Source: Auanema rhodensis
Taxonomy: Eukaryota; Animalia; Nematoda
Length of the DNA stretch: 64,000 nucleotides
Direction of reading: 5' to 3'
Assembly (NCBI GenBank): GCA_964057225.1
Contig: OZ059895.1
Coordinates: 22,878,001 to 22,942,000 of the forward strand
Shown: positions 27,401 to 42,400 of the stretch, one piece after another
Numbering within the stretch: the first letter of the stretch is position 1
How the letters are laid out: each line of letters starts with the position of its first letter
Notes under the pieces: generated by a model
What the model saw: the letters and a program-made list of their open reading frames with translations, nothing else
Told to the model about the DNA's origin: nothing
Databases searched by the model: none
Program-made: the position numbers and the translations under genes

Positions 27401-30400
27401 CATGGAAACTCAACATACACTAATGCATCATTTTTCAAACGATCATAACTAATTTTTGTATTAAGCGTTTCTCCATGTAGTATAGTGCATTCGATGCGGA
27501 TTTTTAAGCTGCGTCGATCTGTGTTATCAGATTTGCGCTAGCTTAAAAATGCACCGAGATATCAACTGATATAAGTTCACACTTATATCCTCGATTTTCA
27601 CCCTGAAGAATTAATTTTTTCGTTGAATAACATTGTCCATCGTCTTTGCCTTGAAAAAAGGAATCTAAAAACATCTACTTTTTGCTAAATTATTTTGAAA
27701 TTTTTCGAAAAAATTTTTGTCAAAATGTTTTTGGAAGCAATGTTGAGTGTACATGGAAACTCAACATACACTAATGCATCATTTTTCAAACGATCATAAC
27801 TAATTTTTGTATTAAGCGTTTCTCCATGTAGTATAGTGCATTCGATGCGGATTTTTAAGCTGCGTCGATCTGTGTTATCAGATTTGCGCTAGCTTAAAAA
27901 TGCACCGAGATATCAACTGATATAAGTTCACACTTATATCCTCGATTTTCACCCTGAAGAATTAATTTTTTCGTTGAATAACAATGTCCATCGTCTTTGC
28001 CTTGAAAAAAAGAATCTAAAAACATCTACTTTTTGCTAAATTATTTTGAAATTTTTCGAAAAAATTTTTGTCAAAATGTTTTTGGAAGCAATGTTGAGTG
28101 TACATGGAAACTCAACATACACTAATGCATCATTTTTCAAACGATCATAACTAATTTTTGTATTAAGCGTTTCTCAATGTAGTATAGTGCATTCGATGCG
28201 GATTTTTAAGCTGCGTCGATCTGTGTTATCAGATTTGCGCTAGCTTAAAAATGCACCGAGATATCAACTGATATATGTTCACACTTATATCCTCGATTTT
28301 CACCCTGAAGAATTAATTTTTTCGTTGAATAACAATGTCCATCGTCTTTGCCTTGAAAAAAGGAATCTAAAAACATCTACTTTTTGCTAAATTATTTCGA
28401 AATTTTTCGAAAAAATTTTTGTCAAAATGTTTTTGGAAGCAATGTTGAGTGTACATGGAAACTCAACATACACTAATGCATCATTTTTCAAACGATCATA
28501 ACTAATTTTTGTATTAAGCGTTTCTCCATGTAGTATAGTGCATTCGATGCGGATTTTTAAGCTGCGTCGATCTGTGTTATCAGATTTGCGCTAGCTTAAA
28601 AATGCACCGAGATATCAACTGATATAAGTTCACACTTATATCCTCGATTTTCACCCTGAAGAATTAATTTTTTCGTTGAATAACATTGTCCATCGTCTTT
28701 GCCTTGAAAAAAGGAATCTAAAAACATCTACTTTTTGCTAAATTATTTTGAAATTTTTCGAAAAAATTTTTGTCAAAATGTTTTTGGAAGCAATGTTGAG
28801 TGTACATGGAAACTCAACATACACTAATGCATCATTTTTCAAACGATCATAACTAATTTTTGTATTAAGCGTTTCTCCATGTAGTATAGTGCATTCGATG
28901 CGGATTTTTAGGCTGCGTCGATCTGTGTTATCAGATTTGCGCTAGCTTAAAAATGCACCGAGATATCAACTGATATAAGTTCACACTTATATCCTCGATT
29001 TTCACCCTGAAGAATTAATTTTTTCGTTGAATAACAATGTCCATCGTCTTTGCCTTGAAAAAAGAAATCTAAAAACATCTACTTTTTGCTAAATTATTTT
29101 GAAATTTTTCGAAAAAATTTTTGTCAAAATGTTTTTGGAAGCAATGTTGAGTGTACATGGAAACTCAACATACACTAATGCATCATTTTTCAAACGATCA
29201 TAACTAATTTTTGTATTAAGCGTTTCTCAATGTAGTATAGTGCATTCGATGCAGATTTTTAAGCTGCGTCGATCTGTGTTATCAGATTTGCGCTAGCTTA
29301 AAAATGCACCGAGATATCAACTGATATATGTTCACACTTATATCCTCGATTTTCACCCTGAAGAATTAATTTTTTCGTTGAATAACAATGTCCATCGTCT
29401 TTGCCTTGAAAAAAGGAATCTAAAAACATCTACTTTTCGCTAAATTATTTTGAAATTTTTCGAAAAAATTTTTGTCAAAATGTTTTTGGAAGCAATGTTG
29501 AGTGTACATGGAAACTCAACATACACTAATGCATCATTTTTCAAACGATCATATTTAATTTTTGTATTAAGCGTTTCTCAATGTAATATAGTGCATTCGA
29601 TGCGGATTTTTAAGCTGCGTCGATCTGTGTTATCAGATTTGCGCTAGCTTAAAAATGCACCGAGATATCAACTGATATATGTTCACACTTATATCCTCGA
29701 TTTTCACCCTGAAGAATTAATTTTTTCGTTGAATAACAATGTCCATCGTCTTTGCCTTGAAAAAAGGAATCTAAAAACATCTACTTTTTGCTAAATTATT
29801 TCGAAATTTTTCGAAAAAATTTTTGTCAAAATGTTTTTGGAAGCAATGTTGAGTGTACATGGAAACTCAACATACACTAATGCATCATTTTTCAAACGAT
29901 CATAACTAATCTTTGTATTAAGCGTTTCTCCATGTAGTATAGTGCATTCGATGCGGATTTTTAAGCTGCGTCGATCTGTGTTATCAGATTTGCGCTAGCT
30001 TAAAAATGCACCGAGATATCAACTGATATAAGTTCACACTTATATCCTCGATTTTCACCCTGAAGAATTAATTTTTTCGTTGAATAACATTGTCCATCGT
30101 CTTTGTCTTGAAAAAAGGAATCTAAAAACATCTACTTTTTGCTAAATTGTTTTGAAATTTTTCGAAAAAATTTTTGTCAAAATGTTTTTGGAAGCAATGT
30201 TGAGTGTACATGGAAACTCAACATACACTAATGCATCATTTTTCAAACGATCATAACTAATTTTTGTATTAAGCGTTTCTCCATGTAGTATAGTGCATTC
30301 GATGCGGATTTTTAAGCTGCGTCGATCTGTGTTATCAGATTTGCGCTAGCTTAAAAATGCACCGAGATATCAACTGATATAAGTTCACACTTATATCCTC

Positions 30401-33400
30401 GATTTTCACCCTGAAGAATTAATTTTTTCGTTGAATAACATTGTCCATCGTCTTTGCCTTGAAAAAAGGAATCTAAAAACATCTACTTTTTGCTAAATTA
30501 TTTTGAAATTTTTCGAAAAAATTTTTGTCAAAATGTTTTTGGAAGCAATGTTGAGTGTACATGGAAACTCAACATACACTAATGCATCATTTTTCAAACG
30601 ATCATAACTAATTTTTGTATTAAGCGTTTCTCCATGTAGTATAGTGCATTCGATGCGGATTTTTAAGCTGCGTCGATCTGTGTTATCAGATTTGCGCTAG
30701 CTTAAAAATGCACCGAGATATCAACTGATATAAGTTCACACTTATATCCTCGATTTTCACCCTGAAGAATTAATTTTTTCGTTGAATAACATTGTCCATC
30801 GTCTTTGCCTTGAAAAAAGGAATCTAAAAACATCTACTTTTTGCTGAATTATTTTGAAATTTTTCGAAAAAATTTTTGTCAAAATGTTTTTGGAAGCAAT
30901 GTTGAGTGTACATGGAAACTCAACATACACTAATGCATCATTTTTCAAACGATCATAACTAATTTTTGTATTAAGCGTTTCTCAATGTAGTATAGTGCAT
31001 TCGATGCAGATTTTTAAGCTGCGTCGATCTGTGTTATCAGATTTGCGCTAGCTTAAAAATGCACCGAGATATCAACTGATATATGTTCACACTTATATCC
31101 TCGATTTTCACCCTGAAGAATTAATTTTTTCGTTGAATAACATTGTCCATCGTCTTTGCCTTGAAAAAAGGAATCTAAAAACATCTACTTTTTGCTAAAT
31201 TATTTTGAAATTTTTCGAAAAAATTTTTGTCAAAATGTTTTTGGAAGCAATGTTGAGTGTACATGGAAACTCAACATACACTAATGCATCATTTTTCAAA
31301 CGATCATAACTAATTTTTGTATTAAGCGTTTCTCAATGTAGTATAGTGCATTCGATGCAGATTTTTAAGCTGCGTCGATCTGTGTTATCAGATTTGCGCT
31401 AGCTTAAAAATGCACCGAGATATCAACTGATATAAGTTCACACTTATATCCTCGATTTTCACCCTGAAGAATTAATTTTTTCGTTGAATAACATTGTCCA
31501 TCGTCTTTGCCTTGAAAAAAGGAATCTAAAAACATCTACTTTTTGCTAAATTATTTTGAAATTTTTCGAAAAAATTTTTGTCAAAATGTTTTTGGAAGCA
31601 ATGTTGAGTGTACATGGAAACTCAACATACACTAATGCATCATTTTTCAAACGATCATAACTAATTTTTGTATTAAGCGTTTCTCAATGTAGTATAGTGC
31701 ATTCGATGCAGATTTTTAAGCTGCGTCGATCTGTGTTATCAGATTTGCGCTAGCTTAAAAATGCACCGAGATATCAACTGATATATGTTCACACTTATAT
31801 CCTCGATTTTCACCCTGAAGAATTAATTTTTTCGTTGAATAACAATGTCCATCGTCTTTGCCTTGAAAAAAGGAATCTAAAAACATCTACTTTTCGCTAA
31901 ATTATTTTGAAATTTTTCGAAAAAATTTTTGTCAAAATGTTTTTGGAAGCAATGTTGAGTGTACATGGAAACTCAACATACACTAATGCATCATTTTTCA
32001 AACGATCATAACTAATTTTTGTATTAAGCGTTTCTCAATGTAGTATAGTGCATTCGATGCGGATTTTTAAGCTGCGTCGATCTGTGTTATCAGATTTGCG
32101 CTAGCTTAAAAATGCACCGAGATATCAACTGATATAAGTTCACACTTATATCCTCGATTTTCACCCTGAAGAATTAATTTTTTCGTTGAATAACATTGTC
32201 CATCGTCTTTGCCTTGAAAAAAGGAATCTAAAAACATCTACTTTTTGCTAAATTATTTTGAAATTTTTCGAAAAAATTTTTGTCAAAATGTTTTTGGAAG
32301 CAATGTTGAGTGTACATGGAAACTCAACATACACTAATGCATCATTTTTCAAACGATCATAACTAATTTTTGTATTAAGCGTTTCTCAATGTAGTATAGT
32401 GCATTCGATGCAGATTTTTAAGCTGCGTCGATCTGTGTTATCAGATTTGCGCTAGCTTAAAAATGCACCGAGATATCAACTGATATATGTTCACACTTAT
32501 ATCCTCGATTTTCACCCTGAAGAATTAATTTTTTCGTTGAATAACAATGTCCATCGTCTTTGCCTTGAAAAAAGGAATCTAAAAACATCTACTTTTTGCT
32601 AAATTATTTTGAAATTTTTCGAAAAAATTTTTGTCAAAATGTTTTTGGAAGCAATGTTGAGTGTACATGGAAACTCAACATACACTAATGCATCATTTTT
32701 CAAACGATCATAACTAATTTTTGTATTAAGCGTTTCTCAATGTAGTATAGTGCATTCGATGCAGATTTTTAAGCTGCGTCGATCTGTGTTATCAGATTTG
32801 CGCTAGCTTAAAAATGCACCGAGATATCAACTGATATATGTTCACACTTATATCCTCGATTTTCACCCTGAAGAATTAATTTTTTCGTTGAATAACAATG
32901 TCCATCGTCTTTGCCTTGAAAAAAGGAATCTAAAAACATCTACTTTTCGCTAAATTATTTTGAAATTTTTCGAAAAAATTTTTGTCAAAATGTTTTTGGA
33001 AGCAATGTTGAGTGTACATGGAAACTCAACATACACTAATGCATCATTTTTCAAACGATCATAACTAATTTTTGTATTAAGCGTTTCTCAATGTAGTATA
33101 GTGCATTCGATGCAGATTTTTAAGCTGCGTCGATCTGTGTTATCAGATTTGCGCTAGCTTAAAAATGCACCGAGATATCAACTGATATATGTTCACACTT
33201 ATATCCTCGATTTTCACCCTGAAGAATTAATTTTTTCGTTGAATAACAATGTCCATCGTCTTTGCCTTGAAAAAAGGAATCTAAAAACATCTACTTTTTG
33301 CTAAATTATTTTGAAATTTTTCGAAAAAATTTTTGTCAAAATGTTTTTGGAAGCAATGTTGAGTGTACATGGAAACTCAACATACACTAATGCATCATTT

Positions 33401-36400
33401 TTCAAACGATCATAACTAATTTTTGTATTAAGCGTTTCTCAATGTAGTATAGTGCATTCGATGCAGATTTTTAAGCTGCGTCGATCTGTGTTATCAGATT
33501 TGCGCTAGCTTAAAAATGCACCGAGATATCAACTGATATATGTTCACACTTATATCCTCGATTTTCACCCTGAAGAATTAATTTTTTCGTTGAATAACAA
33601 TGTCCATCGTCTTTGCCTTGAAAAAAGGAATCTAAAAACATCTACTTTTCGCTAAATTATTTTGAAATTTTTCGAAAAAATTTTTGTCAAAATGTTTTTG
33701 GAAGCAATGTTGAGTGTACATGGAAACTCAACATACACTAATGCATCATTTTTCAAACGATCATAACTAATTTTTGTATTAAGCGTTTCTCAATGTAGTA
33801 TAGTGCATTCGATGCGGATTTTTAAGCTGCGTCGATCTGTGTTATCAGATTTGCGCTAGCTTAAAAATGCACCGAGATATCAACTGATATAAGTTCACAC
33901 TTATATCCTCGATTTTCACCCTGAAGAATTAATTTTTTCGTTGAATAACATTGTCCATCGTCTTTGCCTTGAAAAAAGGAATCTAAAAACATCTACTTTT
34001 TGCTAAATTATTTTGAAATTTTTCGAAAAAATTTTTGTCAAAATGTTTTTGGAAGCAATGTTGAGTGTACATGGAAACTCAACATACACTAATGCATCAT
34101 TTTTCAAACGATCATAACTAATTTTTGTATTAAGCGTTTCTCCATGTAGTATAGTGCATTCGATGCGGATTTTTAAGCTGCGTCGATCTGTGTTATCAGA
34201 TTTGCGCTAGCTTAAAAATGCACCGAGATATCAACTGATATAAGTTCACACTTATATCCTCGATTTTCACCCTGAAGAATTAATTTTTTCGTTGAATAAC
34301 ATTGTCCATCGTCTTTGCCTTGAAAAAAGGAATCTAAAAACATCTACTTTTTGCTAAATTATTTTGAAATTTTTCGAAAAAATTTTTGTCAAAATGTTTT
34401 TGGAAGCAATGTTGAGTGTACATGGAAACTCAACATACACTAATGCATCATTTTTCAAACGATCATAACTAATTTTTGTATTAAGCGTTTCTCAATGTAG
34501 TATAGTGCATTCGATGCAGATTTTTAAGCTGCGTCGATCTGTGTTATCAGATTTGCGCTAGCTTAAAAATGCACCGAGATATCAACTGATATATGTTCAC
34601 ACTTATATCCTCGATTTTCACCCTGAAGAATTAATTTTTTCGTTGAATAACATTGTCCATCGTCTTTGCCTTGAAAAAAGGAATCTAAAAACATCTACTT
34701 TTTGCTAAATTATTTTGAAATTTTTCGAAAAAATTTTTGTCAAAATGTTTTTGGAAGCAATGTTGAGTGTACATGGAAACTCAACATACACTAATGCATC
34801 ATTTTTCAAACGATCATAACTAATTTTTGTATTAAGCGTTTCTCAATGTAGTATAGTGCATTCGATGCAGATTTTTAAGCTGCGTCGATCTGTGTTATCA
34901 GATTTGCGCTAGCTTAAAAATGCACCGAGATATCAACTGATATATGTTCACACTTATATCCTCGATTTTCACCCTGAAGAATTAATTTTTTCGTTGAATA
35001 ACAATGTCCATCGTCTTTGCCTTGAAAAAAGGAATCTAAAAACATCTACTTTTTGCTAAATTATTTTGAAATTTTTCGAAAAAATTTTTGTCAAAATGTT
35101 TTTGGAAGCAATGTTGAGTGTACATGGAAACTCAACATACACTAATGCATCATTTTTCAAACGATCATAACTAATTTTTGTATTAAGCGTTTCTCAATGT
35201 AGTATAGTGCATTCGATGCAGATTTTTAAGCTGCGTCGATCTGTGTTATCAGATTTGCGCTAGCTTAAAAATGCACCGAGATATCAACTGATATATGTTC
35301 ACACTTATATCCTCGATTTTCACCCTGAAGAATTAATTTTTTCGTTGAATAACAATGTCCATCGTCTTTGCCTTGAAAAAAGGAATCTAAAAACATCTAC
35401 TTTTCGCTAAATTATTTTGAAATTTTTCGAAAAAATTTTTGTCAAAATGTTTTTGGAAGCAATGTTGAGTGTACATGGAAACTCAACATACACTAATGCA
35501 TCATTTTTCAAACGATCATAACTAATTTTTGTATTAAGCGTTTCTCAATGTAGTATAGTGCATTCGATGCGGATTTTTAAGCTGCGTCGATCTGTGTTAT
35601 CAGATTTGCGCTAGCTTAAAAATGCACCGAGATATCAACTGATATAAGTTCACACTTATATCCTCGATTTTCACCCTGAAGAATTAATTTTTTCGTTGAA
35701 TAACATTGTCCATCGTCTTTGCCTTGAAAAAAGGAATCTAAAAACATCTACTTTTTGCTAAATTATTTTGAAATTTTTCGAAAAAATTTTTGTCAAAATG
35801 TTTTTGGAAGCAATGTTGAGTGTACATGGAAACTCAACATACACTAATGCATCATTTTTCAAACGATCATAACTAATTTTTGTATTAAGCGTTTCTCCAT
35901 GTAGTATAGTGCATTCGATGCGGATTTTTAAGCTGCGTCGATCTGTGTTATCAGATTTGCGCTAGCTTAAAAATGCACCGAGATATCAACTGATATAAGT
36001 TCACACTTATATCCTCGATTTTCACCCTGAAGAATTAATTTTTTCGTTGAATAACATTGTCCATCGTCTTTGCCTTGAAAAAAGGAATCTAAAAACATCT
36101 ACTTTTTGCTAAATTATTTTGAAATTTTTCGAAAAAATTTTTGTCAAAATGTTTTTGGAAGCAATGTTGAGTGTACATGGAAACTCAACATACACTAATG
36201 CATCATTTTTCAAACGATCATAACTAATTTTTGTATTAAGCGTTTCTCAATGTAGTATAGTGCATTCGATGCAGATTTTTAAGCTGCGTCGATCTGTGTT
36301 ATCAGATTTGCGCTAGCTTAAAAATGCACCGAGATATCAACTGATATATGTTCACACTTATATCCTCGATTTTCACCCTGAAGAATTAATTTTTTCGTTG

Positions 36401-39400
36401 AATAACAATGTCCATCGTCTTTGCCTTGAAAAAAGAAATCTAAAAACATCTACTTTTTGCTAAATTATTTTGAAATTTTTCGAAAAAATTTTTGTCAAAA
36501 TGTTTTTGGAAGCAATGTTGAGGGTACATGGAAACTCAACATACACTAATGCATCATTTTTCAAACGATCATAACTAATTTTTGTATTAAGCGTTTCTCC
36601 ATGTAGTATAGTGCATTCGATGCGGATTTTTAAGCTGCGTCGATCTGTGTTATCAGATTTGCGCTAGCTTAAAAATGCACCGAGATATCAACTGATATAA
36701 GTTCACACTTATATCCTCGATTTTCACCCTGAAGAATTAATTTTTTCGTTGAATAACATTGTCCATCGTCTTTGCCTTGAAAAAAGGAATCTAAAAACAT
36801 CTACTTTTTGCTAAATTATTTTGAAATTTTTCGAAAAAATTTTTGTCAAAATGTTTTTGGAAGCAATGTTGAGTGTACATGGAAACTCAACATACACTAA
36901 TGCATCATTTTTCAAACGATCATAACTAATTTTTGTATTAAGCGTTTCTCAATGTAGTATAGTGCATTCGATGCAGATTTTTAAGCTGCGTCGATCTGTG
37001 TTATCAGATTTGCGCTAGCTTAAAAATGCACCGAGATATCAACTGATATAAGTTCACACTTATATCCTCGATTTTCACCCTGAAGAATTAATTTTTTCGT
37101 TGAATAACATTGTCCATCGTCTTTGCCTTGAAAAAAGGAATCTAAAAACATCTACTTTTTGCTAAATTATTTTGAAATTTTTCGAAAAAATTTTTGTCAA
37201 AATGTTTTTGGAAGCAATGTTGAGTGTACATGGAAACTCAACATACACTAATGCATCATTTTTCAAACGATCATAACTAATTTTTGTATTAAGCGTTTCT
37301 CAATGTAGTATAGTGCATTCGATGCAGATTTTTAAGCTGCGTCGATCTGTGTTATCAGATTTGCGCTAGCTTAAAAATGCACCGAGATATCAACTGATAT
37401 ATGTTCACACTTATATCCTCGATTTTCACCCTGAAGAATTAATTTTTTCGTTGAATAACAATGTCCATCGTCTTTGCCTTGAAAAAAAGAATCTAAAAAC
37501 ATCTACTTTTTGCTAAATTATTTTGAAATTTTTCGAAAAAATTTTTGTCAAAATGTTTTTGGAAGCAATGTTGAGTGTACATGGAAACTCAACATACACT
37601 AATGCATCATTTTTCAAACGATCATAACTAATTTTTGTATTAAGCGTTTCTCAATGTAGTATAGTGCATTCGATGCGGATTTTTAAGCTGCGTCGATCTG
37701 TGTTATCAGATTTGCGCTAGCTTAAAAATGCACCGAGATATCAACTGATATATGTTCACACTTATATCCTCGATTTTCACCCTGAAGAATTAATTTTTTC
37801 GTTGAATAACAATGTCCATCGTCTTTGCCTTGAAAAAAGGAATCTAAAAACATCTACTTTTTGCTAAATTATTTCGAAATTTTTCGAAAAAATTTTTGTC
37901 AAAATGTTTTTGGAAGCAATGTTGAGTGTACATGGAAACTCAACATACACTAATGCATCATTTTTCAAACGATCATAACTAATTTTTGTATTAAGCGTTT
38001 CTCCATGTAGTATAGTGCATTCGATGCGGATTTTTAAGCTGCGTCGATCTGTGTTATCAGATTTGCGCTAGCTTAAAAATGCACCGAGATATCAACTGAT
38101 ATAAGTTCACACTTATATCCTCGATTTTCACCCTGAAGAATTAATTTTTTCGTTGAATAACATTGTCCATCGTCTTTGCCTTGAAAAAAGGAATCTAAAA
38201 ACATCTACTTTTTGCTAAATTATTTTGAAATTTTTCGAAAAAATTTTTGTCAAAATGTTTTTGGAAGCAATGTTGAGTGTACATGGAAACTCAACATACA
38301 CTAATGCATCATTTTTCAAACGATCATAACTAATTTTTGTATTAAGCGTTTCTCCATGTAGTATAGTGCATTCGATGCGGATTTTTAAGCTGCGTCGATC
38401 TGTGTTATCAGATTTGCGCTAGCTTAAAAATGCACCGAGATATCAACTGATATATGTTCACACTTATATCCTCGATTTTCACCCTGAAGAATTAATTTTT
38501 TCGTTGAATAACAATGTCCATCGTCTTTGCCTTGAAAAAAGGAATCTAAAAACATCTACTTTTTGCTAAATTATTTCGAAATTTTTCGAAAAAATTTTTG
38601 TCAAAATGTTTTTGGAAGCAATGTTGAGTGTACATGGAAACTCAACATACACTAATGCATCATTTTTCAAACGATCATAACTAATTTTTGTATTAAGCGT
38701 TTCTCAATGTAGTATAGTGCATTCGATGCGGATTTTTAAGCTGCGTCGATCTGTGTTATCAGATTTGCGCTAGCTTAAAAATGCACCGAGATATCAACTG
38801 ATATATGTTCACACTTATATCCTCGATTTTCACCCTGAAGAATTAATTTTTTCGTTGAATAACAATGTCCATCGTCTTTGCCTTGAAAAAAGGAATCTAA
38901 AAACATCTACTTTTTGCTAAATTATTTCGAAATTTTTCGAAAAAATTTTTGTCAAAATGTTTTTGGAAGCAATGTTGAGTGTACATGGAAACTCAACATA
39001 CACTAATGCATCATTTTTCAAACGATCATAACTAATTTTTGTATTAAGCGTTTCTCCATGTAGTATAGTGCATTCGATGCGGATTTTTAAGCTGCGTCGA
39101 TCTGTGTTATCAGATTTGCGCTAGCTTAAAAATGCACCGAGATATCAACTGATATAAGTTCACACTTATATCCTCGATTTTCACCCTGAAGAATTAATTT
39201 TTTCGTTGAATAACATTGTCCATCGTCTTTGCCTTGAAAAAAGGAATCTAAAAACATCTACTTTTTGCTAAATTATTTTGAAATTTTTCGAAAAAATTTT
39301 TGTCAAAATGTTTTTGGAAGCAATGTTGAGTGTACATGGAAACTCAACATACACTAATGCATCATTTTTCAAACGATCATAACTAATTTTTGTATTAAGC

Positions 39401-42400
39401 GTTTCTCCATGTAGTATAGTGCATTCGATGCGGATTTTTAAGCTGCGTCGATCTGTGTTATCAGATTTGCGCTAGCTTAAAAATGCACCGAGATATCAAC
39501 TGATATATGTTCACACTTATATCCTCGATTTTCACCCTGAAGAATTAATTTTTTCGTTGAATAACAATGTCCATCGTCTTTGCCTTGAAAAAAGGAATCT
39601 AAAAACATCTACTTTTTGCTAAATTATTTCGAAATTTTTCGAAAAAATTTTTGTCAAAATGTTTTTGGAAGCAATGTTGAGTGTACATGGAAACTCAACA
39701 TACACTAATGCATCATTTTTCAAACGATCATAACTAATTTTTGTATTAAGCGTTTCTCCATGTAGTATAGTGCATTCGATGCGGATTTTTAAGCTGCGTC
39801 GATCTGTGTTATCAGATTTGCGCTAGCTTAAAAATGCACCGAGATATCAACTGATATAAGTTCACACTTATATCCTCGATTTTCACCCTGAAGAATTAAT
39901 TTTTTCGTTGAATAACATTGTCCATCGTCTTTGCCTTGAAAAAAGGAATCTAAAAACATCTACTTTTTGCTAAATTATTTTGAAATTTTTCGAAAAAATT
40001 TTTGTCAAAATGTTTTTGGAAGCAATGTTGAGTGTACATGGAAACTCAACATACACTAATGCATCATTTTTCAAACGATCATAACTAATTTTTGTATTAA
40101 GCGTTTCTCCATGTAGTATAGTGCATTCGATGCGGATTTTTAAGCTGCGTCGATCTGTGTTATCAGATTTGCGCTAGCTTAAAAATGCACCGAGATATCA
40201 ACTGATATAAGTTCACACTTATATCCTCGATTTTCACCCTGAAGAATTAATTTTTTCGTTGAATAACAATGTCCATCGTCTTTGCCTTGAAAAAAGAAAT
40301 CTAAAAACATCTACTTTTTGCTAAATTATTTTGAAATTTTTCGAAAAAATTTTTGTCAAAATGTTTTTGGAAGCAATGTTGAGTGTACATGGAAACTCAA
40401 CATACACTAATGCATCATTTTTCAAACGATCATAACTAATTTTTGTATTAAGCGTTTCTCCATGTAGTATAGTGCATTCGATGCGGATTTTTAAGCTGCG
40501 TCGATCTGTGTTATCAGATTTGCGCTAGCTTAAAAATGCACCGAGATATCAACTGATATAAGTTCACACTTATATCCTCGATTTTCACCCTGAAGAATTA
40601 ATTTTTTCGTTGAATAACATTGTCCATCGTCTTTGCCTTGAAAAAAGGAATCTAAAAACATCTACTTTTTGCTAAATTATTTTGAAATTTTTCGAAAAAA
40701 TTTTTGTCAAAATGTTTTTGGAAGCAATGTTGAGTGTACATGGAAACTCAACATACACTAATGCATCATTTTTCAAACGATCATAACTAATTTTTGTATT
40801 AAGCGTTTCTCCATGTAGTATAGTGCATTCGATGCGGATTTTTAAGCTGCGTCGATCTGTGTTATCAGATTTGCGCTAGCTTAAAAATGCACCGAGATAT
40901 CAACTGATATAAGTTCACACTTATATCCTCGATTTTCACCCTGAAGAATTAATTTTTTCGTTGAATAACAATGTCCATCGTCTTTGCCTTGAAAAAAGAA
41001 ATCTAAAAACATCTACTTTTTGCTAAATTATTTTGAAATTTTTCGAAAAAATTTTTGTCAAAATGTTTTTGGAAGCAATGTTGAGTGTACATGGAAACTC
41101 AACATACACTAATGCATCATTTTTCAAACGATCATAACTAATTTTTGTATTAAGCGTTTCTCCATGTAGTATAGTGCATTCGATGCGGATTTTTAAGCTG
41201 CGTCGATCTGTGTTATCAGATTTGCGCTAGCTTAAAAATGCACCGAGATATCAACTGATATAAGTTCACACTTATATCCTCGATTTTCACCCTGAAGAAT
41301 TAATTTTTTCGTTGAATAACAATGTCCATCGTCTTTGCCTTGAAAAAAGAAATCTAAAAACATCTACTTTTTGCTAAATTATTTTGAAATTTTTCGAAAA
41401 AATTTTTGTCAAAATGTTTTTGGAAGCAATGTTGAGTGTACATGGAAACTCAACATACACTAATGCATCATTTTTCAAACGATCATAACTAATTTTTGTA
41501 TTAAGCGTTTCTCCATGTAGTATAGTGCATTCGATGCGGATTTTTAAGCTGCGTCGATCTGTGTTATCAGATTTGCGCTAGCTTAAAAATGCACCGAGAT
41601 ATCAACTGATATAAGTTCACACTTATATCCTCGATTTTCACCCTGAAGAATTAATTTTTTCGTTGAATAACATTGTCCATCGTCTTTGCCTTGAAAAAAG
41701 GAATCTAAAAACATCTACTTTTTGCTAAATTATTTTGAAATTTTTCGAAAAAATTTTTGTCAAAATGTTTTTGGAAGCAATGTTGAGTGTACATGGAAAC
41801 TCAACATACACTAATGCATCATTTTTCAAACGATCATAACTAATTTTTGTATTAAGCGTTTCTCCATGTAGTATAGTGCATTCGATGCGGATTTTTAAGC
41901 TGCGTCGATCTGTGTTATCAGATTTGCGCTAGCTTAAAAATGCACCGAGATATCAACTGATATAAGTTCACACTTATATCCTCGATTTTCACCCTGAAGA
42001 ATTAATTTTTTCGTTGAATAACAATGTCCATCGTCTTTGCCTTGAAAAAAGAAATCTAAAAACATCTACTTTTTGCTAAATTATTTTGAAATTTTTCGAA
42101 AAAATTTTTGTCAAAATGTTTTTGGAAGCAATGTTGAGTGTACATGGAAACTCAACATACACTAATGCATCATTTTTCAAACGATCATAACTAATTTTTG
42201 TATTAAGCGTTTCTCCATGTAGTATAGTGCATTCGATGCGGATTTTTAAGCTGCGTCGATCTGTGTTATCAGATTTGCGCTAGCTTAAAAATGCACCGAG
42301 ATATCAACTGATATAAGTTCACACTTATATCCTCGATTTTCACCCTGAAGAATTAATTTTTTCGTTGAATAACATTGTCCATCGTCTTTGCCTTGAAAAA

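Noticed and set aside
29450-29647. 65-aa ORF on + strand
   Set aside because: It is satellite sequence where a private change at 29554-29555 removes the TAA present in the other monomers. It starts at TTG, resembles no protein I recognise and has no gene context.
30757-30948. 63-aa ORF on - strand
   Set aside because: It exists only because a private A>G at 30846 turns a minus-strand TAG into CAG in one monomer.
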